64,000 bases of DNA from the IMG/VR virus record IMGVR_UViG_3300018059_000546; one strand, written 5' to 3'. How positions within the stretch are numbered: position 1 is the stretch's first letter; every line of letters starts with the position of its first letter. Positions 20,128 to 28,550 of this stretch are shown in pieces. Both the position numbers and the translations under genes were made by a program. The notes under the pieces were generated by a model, which was not told the DNA's origin, ran no database searches, and was given only the letters and a program-made list of their open reading frames with translations. Source of the stretch: a virus.

Positions 20128-21029
20128 TCAATATTTTCCTTTAGTGCAACACGAATTTTAGCAACTAATGCATCTAATTTTTCGTCTGTCAGCCCGCATT
20201 CCCATACAACGTAACGTCGAAATCCTGTTTTTTTAGCTAATTCTCTTTTGGCAAAATCTCGACGCATCATTTTTTTCTGTGTATCATTTATGGGTCCACT
20301 TTTATAAACGTCGGGATTGCAGTGCCAATAATCTCCGTGAACTTCTATCAAAATATTTGTCCCAACAATGTGAACGTCAAAATAGAAAGGTTTCAAAAAA
20401 AACTCTACTTCAAAATCGATATTTTCTCTTCGAAGCCTATCATGCAAAAAACGTTCAGGCTTTGTAGGCGTGCAGAACTTGTATGCATCTGGATTTCGTG
20501 TATTGACAGGAAGCCCTAGTTTGGTTATTAGCGATGCTATAGCTTTTTTCCCATGTCCGACTACACGAGAAATTTCCACAAAGTAAACATGTTGTTTTGC
20601 TAGTTCGATTATCTTACGAATATCATCTGGTTCGAATAAAGAATTGCAATACGGTATCTGCGGTATTTTGCATTTTTCGACGAACAGTTGATTATAGTGG
20701 CGTGATGAAAGTCCAACTTCTTTTCTAATCACGATTGGATTTACACAGCGTAGTTCCCAAAGTTCATCCAATCGATTTAGCTGTTTAGCTGTCAATGCTT
20801 TTCTTTTTGCTGTTTTAGCCTTTGATATTGCCTCGCGTCGTGAAAGTGGAAATACTTTTCCCGTATTGGATTTCGCAATCTTGGCGCATCTGCTAGGTGA
20901 ATGTTTTTTTCCTCGGCGAGATGCACCGTAACATTGTTTACTACAAAATTGTGCCGGCATCGTAACGACCAATACTCCGCAATTTTTACAAGCTATTTGT
21001 AGACGTGTTCGAAGACGACCCATTCTCAA
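20124..21029 (-). CDS. free-standing Vsr-like homing endonuclease between the recA halves
   Basis: TKPER...FDVHIVGTNILIEVHGDYWHCNP...RD..K; N-terminal CKNC..FCSKQC and NUMOD-like repeats; AT-rich; 4-nt overlaps with both recA halves. Confidence 0.85.
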   Translation of the reverse strand: MRMGRLRTRLQIACKNCGVLVVTMPAQFCSKQCYGASRRGKKHSPSRCAKIAKSNTGKVFPLSRREAISKAKTAKRKALTAKQLNRLDELWELRCVNPIVIRKEVGLSSRHYNQLFVEKCKIPQIPYCNSLFEPDDIRKIIELAKQHVYFVEISRVVGHGKKAIASLITKLGLPVNTRNPDAYKFCTPTKPERFLHDRLRRENIDFEVEFFLKPFYFDVHIVGTNILIEVHGDYWHCNPDVYKSGPINDTQKKMMRRDFAKRELAKKTGFRRYVVWECGLTDEKLDALVAKIRVALKENIE

Positions 21030-21724
21030 TCTCTGATTATATCTATTTCTGTATCAGGATGTACACACCCGATTTTGTATCGAATCTGGTTCAGGAGGAT
21101 GAAGAGCACGTTGCTACTTCCGATGAGTTGCGTGATTCGACGCATGCCCTTGCTGATCGCACGGGCAGCCTGACCGATTCCGTCCTTGTCGACTTCTGCC
21201 ATGATCTCCGCCTTCGGTGGAGTCGCGGCGACAGAGTCCCAGATGATCGTGACCGGAACGTCCTTATTCGCTTCCTTGACACGGGCGATCGTGCTTTCTA
21301 CGACCTTGAACACGTCTTCGATGCAAGAAGGTTCAGCATAGACGAAGTTCTTACCAACGTCGATACCCAGATCCGAGAGAGTTTCAGGATTGACAGCGTT
21401 TTCCGTGTCGCAGTAAATGACAACTCCGCCCATTCTCTGGGTAGAAATAGCTGCTTGAGTCGCCATGTGCGACTTACCGATCGAAGGAGGTCCAAAGATC
21501 TCAACGATCCTACCTTCGGCGTATCCCCCATTTCGACGATTGCTGATGGCGTAGTCGAGAAGTCGAGAACCCGAAGAGATCCACCTCTTCACGTGGGTGG
21601 GAGAGATATCTGTACCAAGATTCCAAGCGATTCTCGACTGGTGCTCTCTATTCAGAGCGTCGATCAGGTCCTGCGAAAAATCATCATTCGCGTTGTTTTT
21701 TGGTGCATCGCTCTTCTTAGCCAT
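21026..21724 (-). CDS. recA: RecA/UvsX N-terminal half ending in a 13-aa split-intein N-fragment
   Basis: GRIVEIFGPPSIGKS, YCDTENA, IIWDSVAA, LNQIRYKIG then CVHPDTEIDIIRD-stop. Confidence 0.93.
   Translation of the reverse strand: MAKKSDAPKNNANDDFSQDLIDALNREHQSRIAWNLGTDISPTHVKRWISSGSRLLDYAISNRRNGGYAEGRIVEIFGPPSIGKSHMATQAAISTQRMGGVVIYCDTENAVNPETLSDLGIDVGKNFVYAEPSCIEDVFKVVESTIARVKEANKDVPVTIIWDSVAATPPKAEIMAEVDKDGIGQAARAISKGMRRITQLIGSSNVLFILLNQIRYKIGCVHPDTEIDIIRD
21029..21067 (-). other. split intein N-fragment (CVHPDTEIDIIRD)
   Basis: Intein block A pattern (C-h-x-x-D-T-x-I) begins exactly where RecA similarity breaks off. Confidence 0.85.
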
Positions 21725-21774
21725 TTTTCCTCTTTCGGTCCCCGGATCTTAACCCAGATTCGTCTAGTTGTCCT

Positions 21775-22542
21775 TTAAAATTGGGTCAAAATCTCGTATC
21801 CTGTTGCAGTAACAAGTATGGTATGTTCCCATTGAGCTGACAAAGATCCGTCGACAGTTCTAACTGTCCATTCGTCCGAATCGATTTGTATTTCAGAACT
21901 GCCCACGCATACCATGGGTTCTATTGTAAAAGTCATACCCGGCTGCAATCTCATTCCGGTCCCACGAGTTCCGTGATGGAATACTTGCGGCGGTGTATGG
22001 AATTTTCTTCCGATACCGTGCCCTACGAACTCTCGAACGACGCTGAAACCTTCGCGTTCGACGAACTCTTGGATCGTGGCACCGATATCTCCCAACCTTG
22101 CACCGGGTTTGACCTGCTCAATGCCCATTTGGAGGGCGCGCTCGGCCACCTCGGTGACACGCTGTGCGTCTTTCCCAACCTTGCCGATTAGGAATGTGGC
22201 AGACGTATCTCCGTGAAACTGGTCGTAAATAGATGTCACGTCAACATTGACAAGATCTCCAGATTTCAGCTTGACTTTTCCGGGAATTCCGTGGCACACG
22301 ACGTGATTAATCGACGTGCAACAACTCTTGGGAAATGGCGGAAGAGTTCCGCCCGCTCCCCTGTATCCCAAAGGAGCAGGAATCGCACTTCGACTTAGAG
22401 TGAAGTCGTGAACGAGTGTGTTGATATCGTCCGTCGTCATACCTTCACAGATCGTGCGGCGAACGAGCGAAAGGGTCTCGGCCGCTAAACGACCGGAGAC
22501 CCTCATCGCATCGATTTCTTTCTGAGACTTGATTTCTATCAC
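21775..22542 (-). CDS. map: methionine aminopeptidase type I
   Basis: CTSINHVVCHGIP, NVDVT, HGDTSAT, GHGIG..FH, TIEPM, SAQWEHT. Confidence 0.96.
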   Translation of the reverse strand: MIEIKSQKEIDAMRVSGRLAAETLSLVRRTICEGMTTDDINTLVHDFTLSRSAIPAPLGYRGAGGTLPPFPKSCCTSINHVVCHGIPGKVKLKSGDLVNVDVTSIYDQFHGDTSATFLIGKVGKDAQRVTEVAERALQMGIEQVKPGARLGDIGATIQEFVEREGFSVVREFVGHGIGRKFHTPPQVFHHGTRGTGMRLQPGMTFTIEPMVCVGSSEIQIDSDEWTVRTVDGSLSAQWEHTILVTATGYEILTQF

Positions 22543-22791
22543 TCAAAGACTCTTCATGAAGTCGCCATTCAAAACGCACGACACTGTAAAAAGTTTTTGC
22601 CCAGCACCAAAGAAGACCAAAATGTTTCCGAATTTTGAATCATCCCAGCCCGGCGGGCCTCCGAGATCTGAAAAGAAATTCCCAGGATTTTCGATCTCGC
22701 CTGCTAGGACTGCTACGGCTCCCCGTGGGAGTTCTTTCATGTGGCCACAAGTGGCTAAAAACCACCACGATTGTTGCAACAGGAAAATCAA
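22543..22791 (-). CDS. hypothetical protein
   Basis: Fills gap between Pth2-like gene and map; start uncertain. Confidence 0.5.
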   Translation of the reverse strand: MIFLLQQSWWFLATCGHMKELPRGAVAVLAGEIENPGNFFSDLGGPPGWDDSKFGNILVFFGAGQKLFTVSCVLNGDFMKSL

Positions 22792-23126
22792 GACAACGCC
22801 AACTTCAAATGAAGCAAGAACTCTCTTGATGCTGAATCTGTTGCGAAAGCCGTAAGACTATCATCTAGATCGGGTTCTCGAAACATCGAAACTCTCATTC
22901 CTTTTCTCGTGAGCCTATCGATCATCTTGAGAAGAGCCACTTCGTTATCGACCTTCAAGAAGGCGATGTGGTTAGAGGCTTCGAACCAATCCTGTTCCAC
23001 CTTGGGGAATTCAGAGATGAACTGCCTCATGGCGTGCATGCCCTGGACCGCTTGGGGACCTGGAGCGAGATCGCTTCGAACGACAACGAAGAACTTGTCT
23101 CCGTGCTTTACTGTTGGCTGATCCAT
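22788..23126 (-). CDS. peptidyl-tRNA hydrolase 2 (Pth2)-like protein
   Basis: VVVRSDL.PG.QAVQGMHA...IAFLKV.NE..L...FREPDL...LTA fits Pth2-fold spacing; GAGGAGG SD before ATG 23126. Confidence 0.75.
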   Translation of the reverse strand: MDQPTVKHGDKFFVVVRSDLAPGPQAVQGMHAMRQFISEFPKVEQDWFEASNHIAFLKVDNEVALLKMIDRLTRKGMRVSMFREPDLDDSLTAFATDSASREFLLHLKLALS

Positions 23127-23482
23127 TCGATCAGCACCTCCTCGCTGTGGTACTTCTCCTGCCAAGGACTGACATAGTGCTTTACAAGCCTGGTCAGTTC
23201 TGCAGCAGAAACCTTCTTTTGTACCGACGTCGATTTCTCGATCGTCTTGTAATTCATCCCTTTGAGGTAAGCCCTTACGAGGTTGAGGTAGCGCACCTCA
23301 GACTTCATCTCGAGCAGTTGCATCGCAACTTTCTCTCGCAGGGTTTCTACCTTGCGCAGGCTCTTCCGTTTCCTAATCTCCTCAGAGAGAGATCTCACAT
23401 GAGCCCTAAACGAGATCTTGCGAGCAACGGAAACCGTGTAATACATCTTATTCTTATCGTTCATCATAGCATCCTCCATCAA
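23108..23482 (-). CDS. basic helical hypothetical protein upstream of Pth2-like gene
   Basis: 124 aa; GGAGG SD before ATGATG at about 23467. Confidence 0.7.
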   Translation of the reverse strand: MMEDAMMNDKNKMYYTVSVARKISFRAHVRSLSEEIRKRKSLRKVETLREKVAMQLLEMKSEVRYLNLVRAYLKGMNYKTIEKSTSVQKKVSAAELTRLVKHYVSPWQEKYHSEEVLIEWISQQ

Positions 23483-23559
23483 TCGTTTAGCATCTTCAAA
23501 ATTGTTTTAGAATCTGAAGATGACGGAGGACCTCTGCAGTGCTACCAGAAATTCAACAT
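23479..23559 (-). promoter_or_regulatory. leader ORF MLNFW*HCRGPPSSSDSKTILKMLND* (in-frame UAG, RGPP motif)
   Basis: GAGGAG SD 8 nt before ATG 23559; UAG at 23544-23542; final TGA overlaps an ATG of the next gene. Confidence 0.55.
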
Positions 23560-23894
23560 ATCTTTGCTCCTCGACCCGAAATCGAGACTCCGGTTGCTGA
23601 ACAGTACGACGTCGGCTCCCGGTCCCAAAACCCCCAACGAGTCGTCCCATCAATACGGTCGAGCATTTCTTTACGAAGCTTGTCTCGAGCAGCACGATCG
23701 GTGTCAGTGGGAGTAGCAGTCAGGATCTCCTTCTTTGGTTCTCCTGGCGGCTCGGGCGGAACGATTCCTGTGACGTTGACAAAAACGAGGTTAAGATGTT
23801 GTTTGAGCATCTTCACCTGAGATTCGTTCAGTTCTTTTGGATCTCCCATTTCGAGAAACCCCTGCAACCAGTAGCAAAAATCCTGTGAGTTCAT
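23553..23894 (-). CDS. hypothetical protein, FCYWLQG family
   Basis: MNSQDFCYWLQGFLE; ATGA-coupled. Confidence 0.7.
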   Translation of the reverse strand: MNSQDFCYWLQGFLEMGDPKELNESQVKMLKQHLNLVFVNVTGIVPPEPPGEPKKEILTATPTDTDRAARDKLRKEMLDRIDGTTRWGFWDREPTSYCSATGVSISGRGAKIC

Positions 23895-24115
23895 TTCGTT
23901 CTTTCGTTGGAAAGTGAGCACGTGAGGATGCCCAGACCTTTTGCGAACGGTGAACTAGATCTGAACCCGATCGCACCCTCAGTAGGTTTAGAATCTTTCT
24001 TGAGAGCGACTTCGAGCTTGCTCTGAATGATTCCTGCTTCGCGAGCAGAAATTCCATCGCTCCCCGCGATATCAAAATAGCCCTGAAGCCAGTAGCAGAA
24101 TTCGTTCGGAGTCAT
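23891..24115 (-). CDS. hypothetical protein, FCYWLQG family
   Basis: MTPNEFCYWLQGYFD; paralogue of neighbour. Confidence 0.7.
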   Translation of the reverse strand: MTPNEFCYWLQGYFDIAGSDGISAREAGIIQSKLEVALKKDSKPTEGAIGFRSSSPFAKGLGILTCSLSNERTK

Positions 24116-24351
24116 AATTCCCTTGAGAGATTGTACTGCAATTCTCTGATCTTATCCATCTGAATCTGTCCTTCAGGGCAGTACTTTCCTTCGGTGTCTT
24201 TTTCTATAATCTCGATGATGCTTTTAACGAAACTAATGTGGAACTTCTTCCTTTGGGCTTCGTCGAACTTTCGACCCAAGAACTTCTCAGCTTCGGGAAA
24301 TTGGTCCTTCAATGCATGTTCGAATGGATTTGAAACGCATACCCAGCACAT
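24112..24351 (-). CDS. hypothetical protein
   Basis: 79 aa, GGAG SD. Confidence 0.6.
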   Translation of the reverse strand: MCWVCVSNPFEHALKDQFPEAEKFLGRKFDEAQRKKFHISFVKSIIEIIEKDTEGKYCPEGQIQMDKIRELQYNLSREL

Positions 24352-24360
24352 GTTATACTC

Positions 24361-24576
24361 CTACCACGGATGCTCGTCTTCGGTAGATTCATCGATGACA
24401 TCGTCGCTCTTGAATCGAGTGTACGACAATCCCTCGTTTTTGACGAGCTTGATAACGATGATTCCTCCAAGAGCGAAGGGGCCTTCGTAAATATCCCATC
24501 CGTCAGTAAGAAGTTTCTCAATTTCGGGTTCCTTCGAAAGGAACTGACCCATCTCGGCCATGATTAATTTTTGCAC
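24361..24576 (-). CDS. hypothetical protein
   Basis: 71 aa. Confidence 0.55.
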   Translation of the reverse strand: MQKLIMAEMGQFLSKEPEIEKLLTDGWDIYEGPFALGGIIVIKLVKNEGLSYTRFKSDDVIDESTEDEHPW

Positions 24577-24770
24577 TACTTGGCACCATTCATTGCTTCT
24601 GTTTGAGATGCACGAGAGTACTTCCTGAGAAAGACGACAAACAAATCTTCATAAATTTGCTTGTCTACAATGTCCCAATTTCCGTCTTTAAGAGTTTCAT
24701 TCAAGTCAGAAAGCTTCGCTCTCGTCTCAATAACTTCGCAAAACCAAACTTTAGAGTCTACTTTTTCCAT
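24576..24770 (-). CDS. hypothetical protein
   Basis: Start set at MEKVDS; weakly similar to the next ORF (L.DG.WDI). Confidence 0.55.
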   Translation of the reverse strand: MEKVDSKVWFCEVIETRAKLSDLNETLKDGNWDIVDKQIYEDLFVVFLRKYSRASQTEAMNGAK

Positions 24771-24867
24771 CTTTGTTCTTCTTTCTGAGTACAGTAGCGC
24801 CCTCGGCGGATCCTGCCACCACATTGTCCATTTTAGAGATGGATGCTTTGCTTTTAAGCTACGAGGG

Positions 24868-24896
24868 CAAAAACTAGAGAGCCCCTTTCGGGGCTC
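24868..24896 (-). terminator. intrinsic terminator
   Basis: Minus strand GAGCCCC-GAAA-GGGGCTC followed by TCTAGTTTTT. Confidence 0.75.
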
Positions 24897-24905
24897 CCTT
24901 ACGTT

Positions 24906-25082
24906 CTAGTGGCAGCACGTTGCGATAGTTTGAAGGAAAAAACCCAAACCAATCAGCAGATAAATCATCGTGTGCGCGTTCTTACAATCGCATCCGCAAT
25001 CAGAAGTCGACTCCTTTTCAGAATTAAGCTCTCCTTGATTTTCAGGATGTTCTCTCGAAGGATGTTCACCGCAAGTAATCAT
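24906..25082 (-). CDS. 58-aa protein with C-terminal hydrophobic segment
   Basis: ATGA overlap with SSB stop; ends MIYLLIGLGFFLQTIATCCH. Confidence 0.4.
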   Translation of the reverse strand: MITCGEHPSREHPENQGELNSEKESTSDCGCDCKNAHTMIYLLIGLGFFLQTIATCCH

Positions 25083-25975
25083 TCGCTGCTTCCTCCCATG
25101 TCGAGTTCCTGAAGCATCTTGTCGACTTGATCTTCGATGTCTTCAGCTTTCTTGCTACCGGGCTTGCTGCCGGCCTTCTTAGACTCTTTCATCGCCGCGG
25201 CGATCGCTTCCACCTGGTTTTCAGGTGTCGAAACCGTCGCAGGAACGGAAACGGTCACGGGTACACCACCCTTGATGACAGCATCAGGTCCGCCATTCGT
25301 CAGCCACTCTTCGAAAATCGCCTTGATGTCCTCGAATGATTGCGGACGGTAGAATTCGTCAACGTTGGGGAGATTGTCCAGCCACTTCTTCACTTCTTCG
25401 GGATCTTCCGAAGCGGGAGAGGCAGTGAACGAGGGCATGACCTTCGTATCAAAAACGGTCTTACCATTGAACTTCTTCGGAGACGGAGAGAGGGTGATGT
25501 TAAGGTCACGACCCTTCTCGAGATCCATGAAGTTGCCGACCTGCTTGTTGAGGAACAGACCGAAGACGTCTCTCACGACCATGACGTTCATGGCCCAGAG
25601 CTGGACCTCACCGGGGTTGGCTCGATCAACAATGGCTGCGCAGGTTTGCAGCTTGGGACGGAGCTTATCCGCCAGAGCCTTGCTGGCGACCTTTCCCTCA
25701 CGTGCTTCATCGTACAGCTTACGAATGAAATCGTCGATGGGATCGGGCTTGCCAAAAGAACGAGGAGATACGATCGGACGCTTAGCGATTCCGAAGTAAA
25801 TCTGTCGTTCGACGAAGGGCATGCCTTCCTTCGTATCCGAATCCTTCCAGGGGAGGATTCGAATCGTATGTTCACCCTCGGTCGGCTTCCACAGCTTGAC
25901 ATTCGAAAATGCTTGCTTCTTACCGTTCAGTGCGTCGACCCTCTTGCGGATCGCGTCTAAATCGAACTGTGCCAT
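25079..25975 (-). CDS. single-stranded DNA-binding protein (T4 gp32-like)
   Basis: LWKP..GEHTIRILP, FGKPDPI, DLEKGRDL.I, acidic C-terminal tail. Confidence 0.85.
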   Translation of the reverse strand: MAQFDLDAIRKRVDALNGKKQAFSNVKLWKPTEGEHTIRILPWKDSDTKEGMPFVERQIYFGIAKRPIVSPRSFGKPDPIDDFIRKLYDEAREGKVASKALADKLRPKLQTCAAIVDRANPGEVQLWAMNVMVVRDVFGLFLNKQVGNFMDLEKGRDLNITLSPSPKKFNGKTVFDTKVMPSFTASPASEDPEEVKKWLDNLPNVDEFYRPQSFEDIKAIFEEWLTNGGPDAVIKGGVPVTVSVPATVSTPENQVEAIAAAMKESKKAGSKPGSKKAEDIEDQVDKMLQELDMGGSSE

Positions 25976-26060
25976 GTCGTATTTCTCTTTTTCTTTCGTG
26001 TTTCTAGAGGTAAACTACCCTCATTACAATGTAATTCGTAGTAGCTTCGTTTACAGTTTT

Positions 26061-26249
26061 TCAGATCTTACGTTTCTTCTTTGCCTTCGGCTTGGGCCAC
26101 TTTCCCTTGAGCTTAAGGGTCGGTGATTCAGGGTCGATGGACATGCCGAGCGGGAGCGTGTAACCTGGGCAAGCCCCGGCACCCGTGAATTCGTTGACAA
26201 TTTCCTCGACAAGTTCCCGAAGAAGTTGGTCAAATTCGTCACCCGACAT
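26061..26249 (-). CDS. small protein with putative virion-targeting leader
   Basis: LLRELVEEIVNE then GAGACPGYTLPLG and a basic tail; TACTTA 6 nt upstream. Confidence 0.7.
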   Translation of the reverse strand: MSGDEFDQLLRELVEEIVNEFTGAGACPGYTLPLGMSIDPESPTLKLKGKWPKPKAKKKRKI

Positions 26250-26275
26250 GCCCTATAAGTATGTCGAATCGGCCT

Positions 26276-26566
26276 CTACTGCCCAAAAATGACTAGAATA
26301 TCGTCTTCTCGGATGATAAGATATTCCTCACCATCGAACTTAATTTCTGTGCCGCTGTACTTCCCAAAGAGGATTCGATCACCGACATTCACAGTCAGGG
26401 GTACTGTGGTGCCGTCCTGAAGGAACCTTCCAGGGCCGACAGCAAGAACCTCTCCCTCAATCGGCTTTTCCTTAGCATTTCCAGGGATGATGATTCCTCC
26501 GGGAGTCATCTCAGCTTCTGGTTGACGCCTGACCACGACTCGATCGTGCAAGGGACGCGCCTTCAT
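26276..26566 (-). CDS. groES: co-chaperonin GroES
   Basis: [50 protein letters not shown]. Confidence 0.97.
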   Translation of the reverse strand: MKARPLHDRVVVRRQPEAEMTPGGIIIPGNAKEKPIEGEVLAVGPGRFLQDGTTVPLTVNVGDRILFGKYSGTEIKFDGEEYLIIREDDILVIFGQ

Positions 26567-26871
26567 GCGACCACCAGTCCGATCGGATTCGCTGATTCTT
26601 GGTTCATCACGTGGAGGTCGGCATTTTCCCCTTCTTTCGCGAATCGAAAGCGACGACCGATCTCCTTTGTGAATTCGGATGGAATGTCCAGATTCGCTTC
26701 ATCCAGCTGCCCATTGATCGTGTAAGTTCGAAGCTGCTCTTCGAAGGTATCTTCCGAGATCTGCTCCACAATCACAATCTTGTAATCGAATGGATAGGTT
26801 CCCGCAGGATCAAATGGGCTCTGCTGCGTTTCGATCTCTTCGGGCGAGGGCCAGTTCGTATTTGTATTCAT
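26563..26871 (-). CDS. hypothetical protein
   Basis: 102 aa, coupled overlaps. Confidence 0.6.
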   Translation of the reverse strand: MNTNTNWPSPEEIETQQSPFDPAGTYPFDYKIVIVEQISEDTFEEQLRTYTINGQLDEANLDIPSEFTKEIGRRFRFAKEGENADLHVMNQESANPIGLVVA

Positions 26872-27134
26872 TGCTGGTTTCCGTTTCTCTCTTTCAAAAG
26901 TTTCTCCACATCAGATACAGCGCAAGTGCTCTCGTGACCGTATTCGATCCATTTTTTACAAGAACGGCAGCTCAGACCTGCGAAGGTTCCTTCTTTCGAA
27001 GATCCCATTCCTAAGCTGTACTGCGCATGATAGTACTTTCTTATCTCTCCGAGGGCAAGCATAGCATTTTCTGCTAGAGTTTCCTGCTCTTTCGCAAACG
27101 TAGCTTCGTCAAATAGTTCGTTAGATCTCTTCAC
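26868..27134 (-). CDS. hypothetical protein (CxxC...H..C)
   Basis: 88 aa, coupled overlaps. Confidence 0.6.
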   Translation of the reverse strand: MKRSNELFDEATFAKEQETLAENAMLALGEIRKYYHAQYSLGMGSSKEGTFAGLSCRSCKKWIEYGHESTCAVSDVEKLLKERNGNQQ

Positions 27135-27958
27135 TTGCTTTCTCTGTTATTCTTTCTTCGAGTTTCCCAACCTTTTCGAGATTTCGCTTGCCGTTGTTCT
27201 ACCGTTTGGCTATCAGCAATCTTTTGAGCACGAATTTTGACCTGCTCAGGATTGTTTTTACACCATTCCGACAACTTCATAGAAATCTTTTTTCCAAACT
27301 CTTCATTGAAGAGTGGGTCAGTTGCGAGCTTATAACACATAGCTGCGTTACCTAATCGAGCATTCGCCGCTTGCGTTTCAAGATATTTCTTTTTAAATTC
27401 TTCATCATTATCCAAGTGATTTCTAAGCGTAATTTGAGCTTTGTTGGCGTGCTCTTTACACTTGTGTAAGTTTTCTTCAAGCCATGAAATTCGAGCGATG
27501 CTCAATTTTTGTCTTGTCTCATTAGAAACATCATTCTCTAGATAAAATGCTAAAAGTTGTTGTTTCTTTGCCTGACGAGCAGTTTGCGATAATTTTCGAA
27601 GTCCTTTGACACTCCCACCGTTGCCACCCTTGTTGAAATTCATTCCGCCGTGCTCGCACCACGTACGATAGACGACAATAGATTCAATTTCAACAGCATC
27701 CATCTCTTCTTTTGAAGAACACCTTCTGATAAGACGAATTTGAAGATTTTCGACTCCTCCGTGAGTTTTCATAAAAGTATGAAATCGAAGAAAGTTTTTT
27801 CCCGGTGGACGATTTTCTGTGAGAAGACATATTGCTCGGCGATGTTCACGAGCACGAACTTCAAATCCATGAAGAGCTTGGCCAACGTAAATGTCTCGAT
27901 CATTGCAAGTTGGGCAGAGGCAACTACAGCAATAGACATCAAACAGATTTATTTTCAT
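27131..27958 (-). CDS. GIY-YIG homing endonuclease
   Basis: DVY...IYVGQA...R..EH, EMDAVEIESI, GMNFNKGG; AT-rich; NUMOD-like tail. Confidence 0.75.
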   Translation of the reverse strand: MKINLFDVYCCSCLCPTCNDRDIYVGQALHGFEVRAREHRRAICLLTENRPPGKNFLRFHTFMKTHGGVENLQIRLIRRCSSKEEMDAVEIESIVVYRTWCEHGGMNFNKGGNGGSVKGLRKLSQTARQAKKQQLLAFYLENDVSNETRQKLSIARISWLEENLHKCKEHANKAQITLRNHLDNDEEFKKKYLETQAANARLGNAAMCYKLATDPLFNEEFGKKISMKLSEWCKNNPEQVKIRAQKIADSQTVEQRQAKSRKGWETRRKNNRESK

Positions 27959-28544
27959 CTCGTTTTTCTTCTTCGCAAGAAATCCTATCTGCTTGATGTA
28001 CAAATATAGCAAGCAATGGTTCTTTCATTGCATATGGTTTGTTTTCATCCAATACCGGACCATCGTTCAATAGAATTGCTGCAAATTCGTTGTACGAAAT
28101 TCTAATGTCAAAATGTTGGCACAAAAAGACTCCTGCATGAGAAGTTGTTAGAAATGGCATCTTCTTATTGATTTCGTACACATTTCCCTTATTACGATGC
28201 CAATCGCTAGATTGCGGAAGATATCGTTCTGCGGACGGCATACCGAGCTTTCCAATGTCATGGAACAATGACGCAAATATAAGTTCTTCTTTAGAAAAAT
28301 CAATAGAATCTTTAAACGTTTGCATAAGTTTCATTCCATTTTTAAGAACTCTTAGCGAATGTTCAACAAGTCCGCCAGGTGTCGCTCTGTGAAACTCTGT
28401 TCTACTCGATGCAGGACACATGGCCAATCTCTCTCCGAAATGTTCGAAGAACTGCTTGAGCCCTTCCTGCCGATGCGCTCCGGTTTTACCGGCCAGAGCT
28501 TCGAATTTGTTGTAGTTCTCAACGATCTGTTCAGGTGTCAACAT
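27939..28544 (-). CDS. HD-domain phosphohydrolase (YhaM-like)
   Basis: PAS...FH...GGLVEHSL.V, LFHDIGK, HQADRIS. Confidence 0.88.
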   Translation of the reverse strand: MLTPEQIVENYNKFEALAGKTGAHRQEGLKQFFEHFGERLAMCPASSRTEFHRATPGGLVEHSLRVLKNGMKLMQTFKDSIDFSKEELIFASLFHDIGKLGMPSAERYLPQSSDWHRNKGNVYEINKKMPFLTTSHAGVFLCQHFDIRISYNEFAAILLNDGPVLDENKPYAMKEPLLAIFVHQADRISCEEEKRDENKSV

Positions 28545-28550
28545 ACCCTA

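Noticed and set aside
20124-21029. Group I intron as the explanation for the recA interruption
   Set aside because: Clear intein blocks A, B, F and G flank the insert, and the ORFs abut with no room for a ribozyme core.
24349-24363. TAG stops in frame with the next gene (also 28544-28553, double TAG)
   Set aside because: One-in-three chance event; the downstream genes have their own ATG, and the polA case needs two readthroughs.
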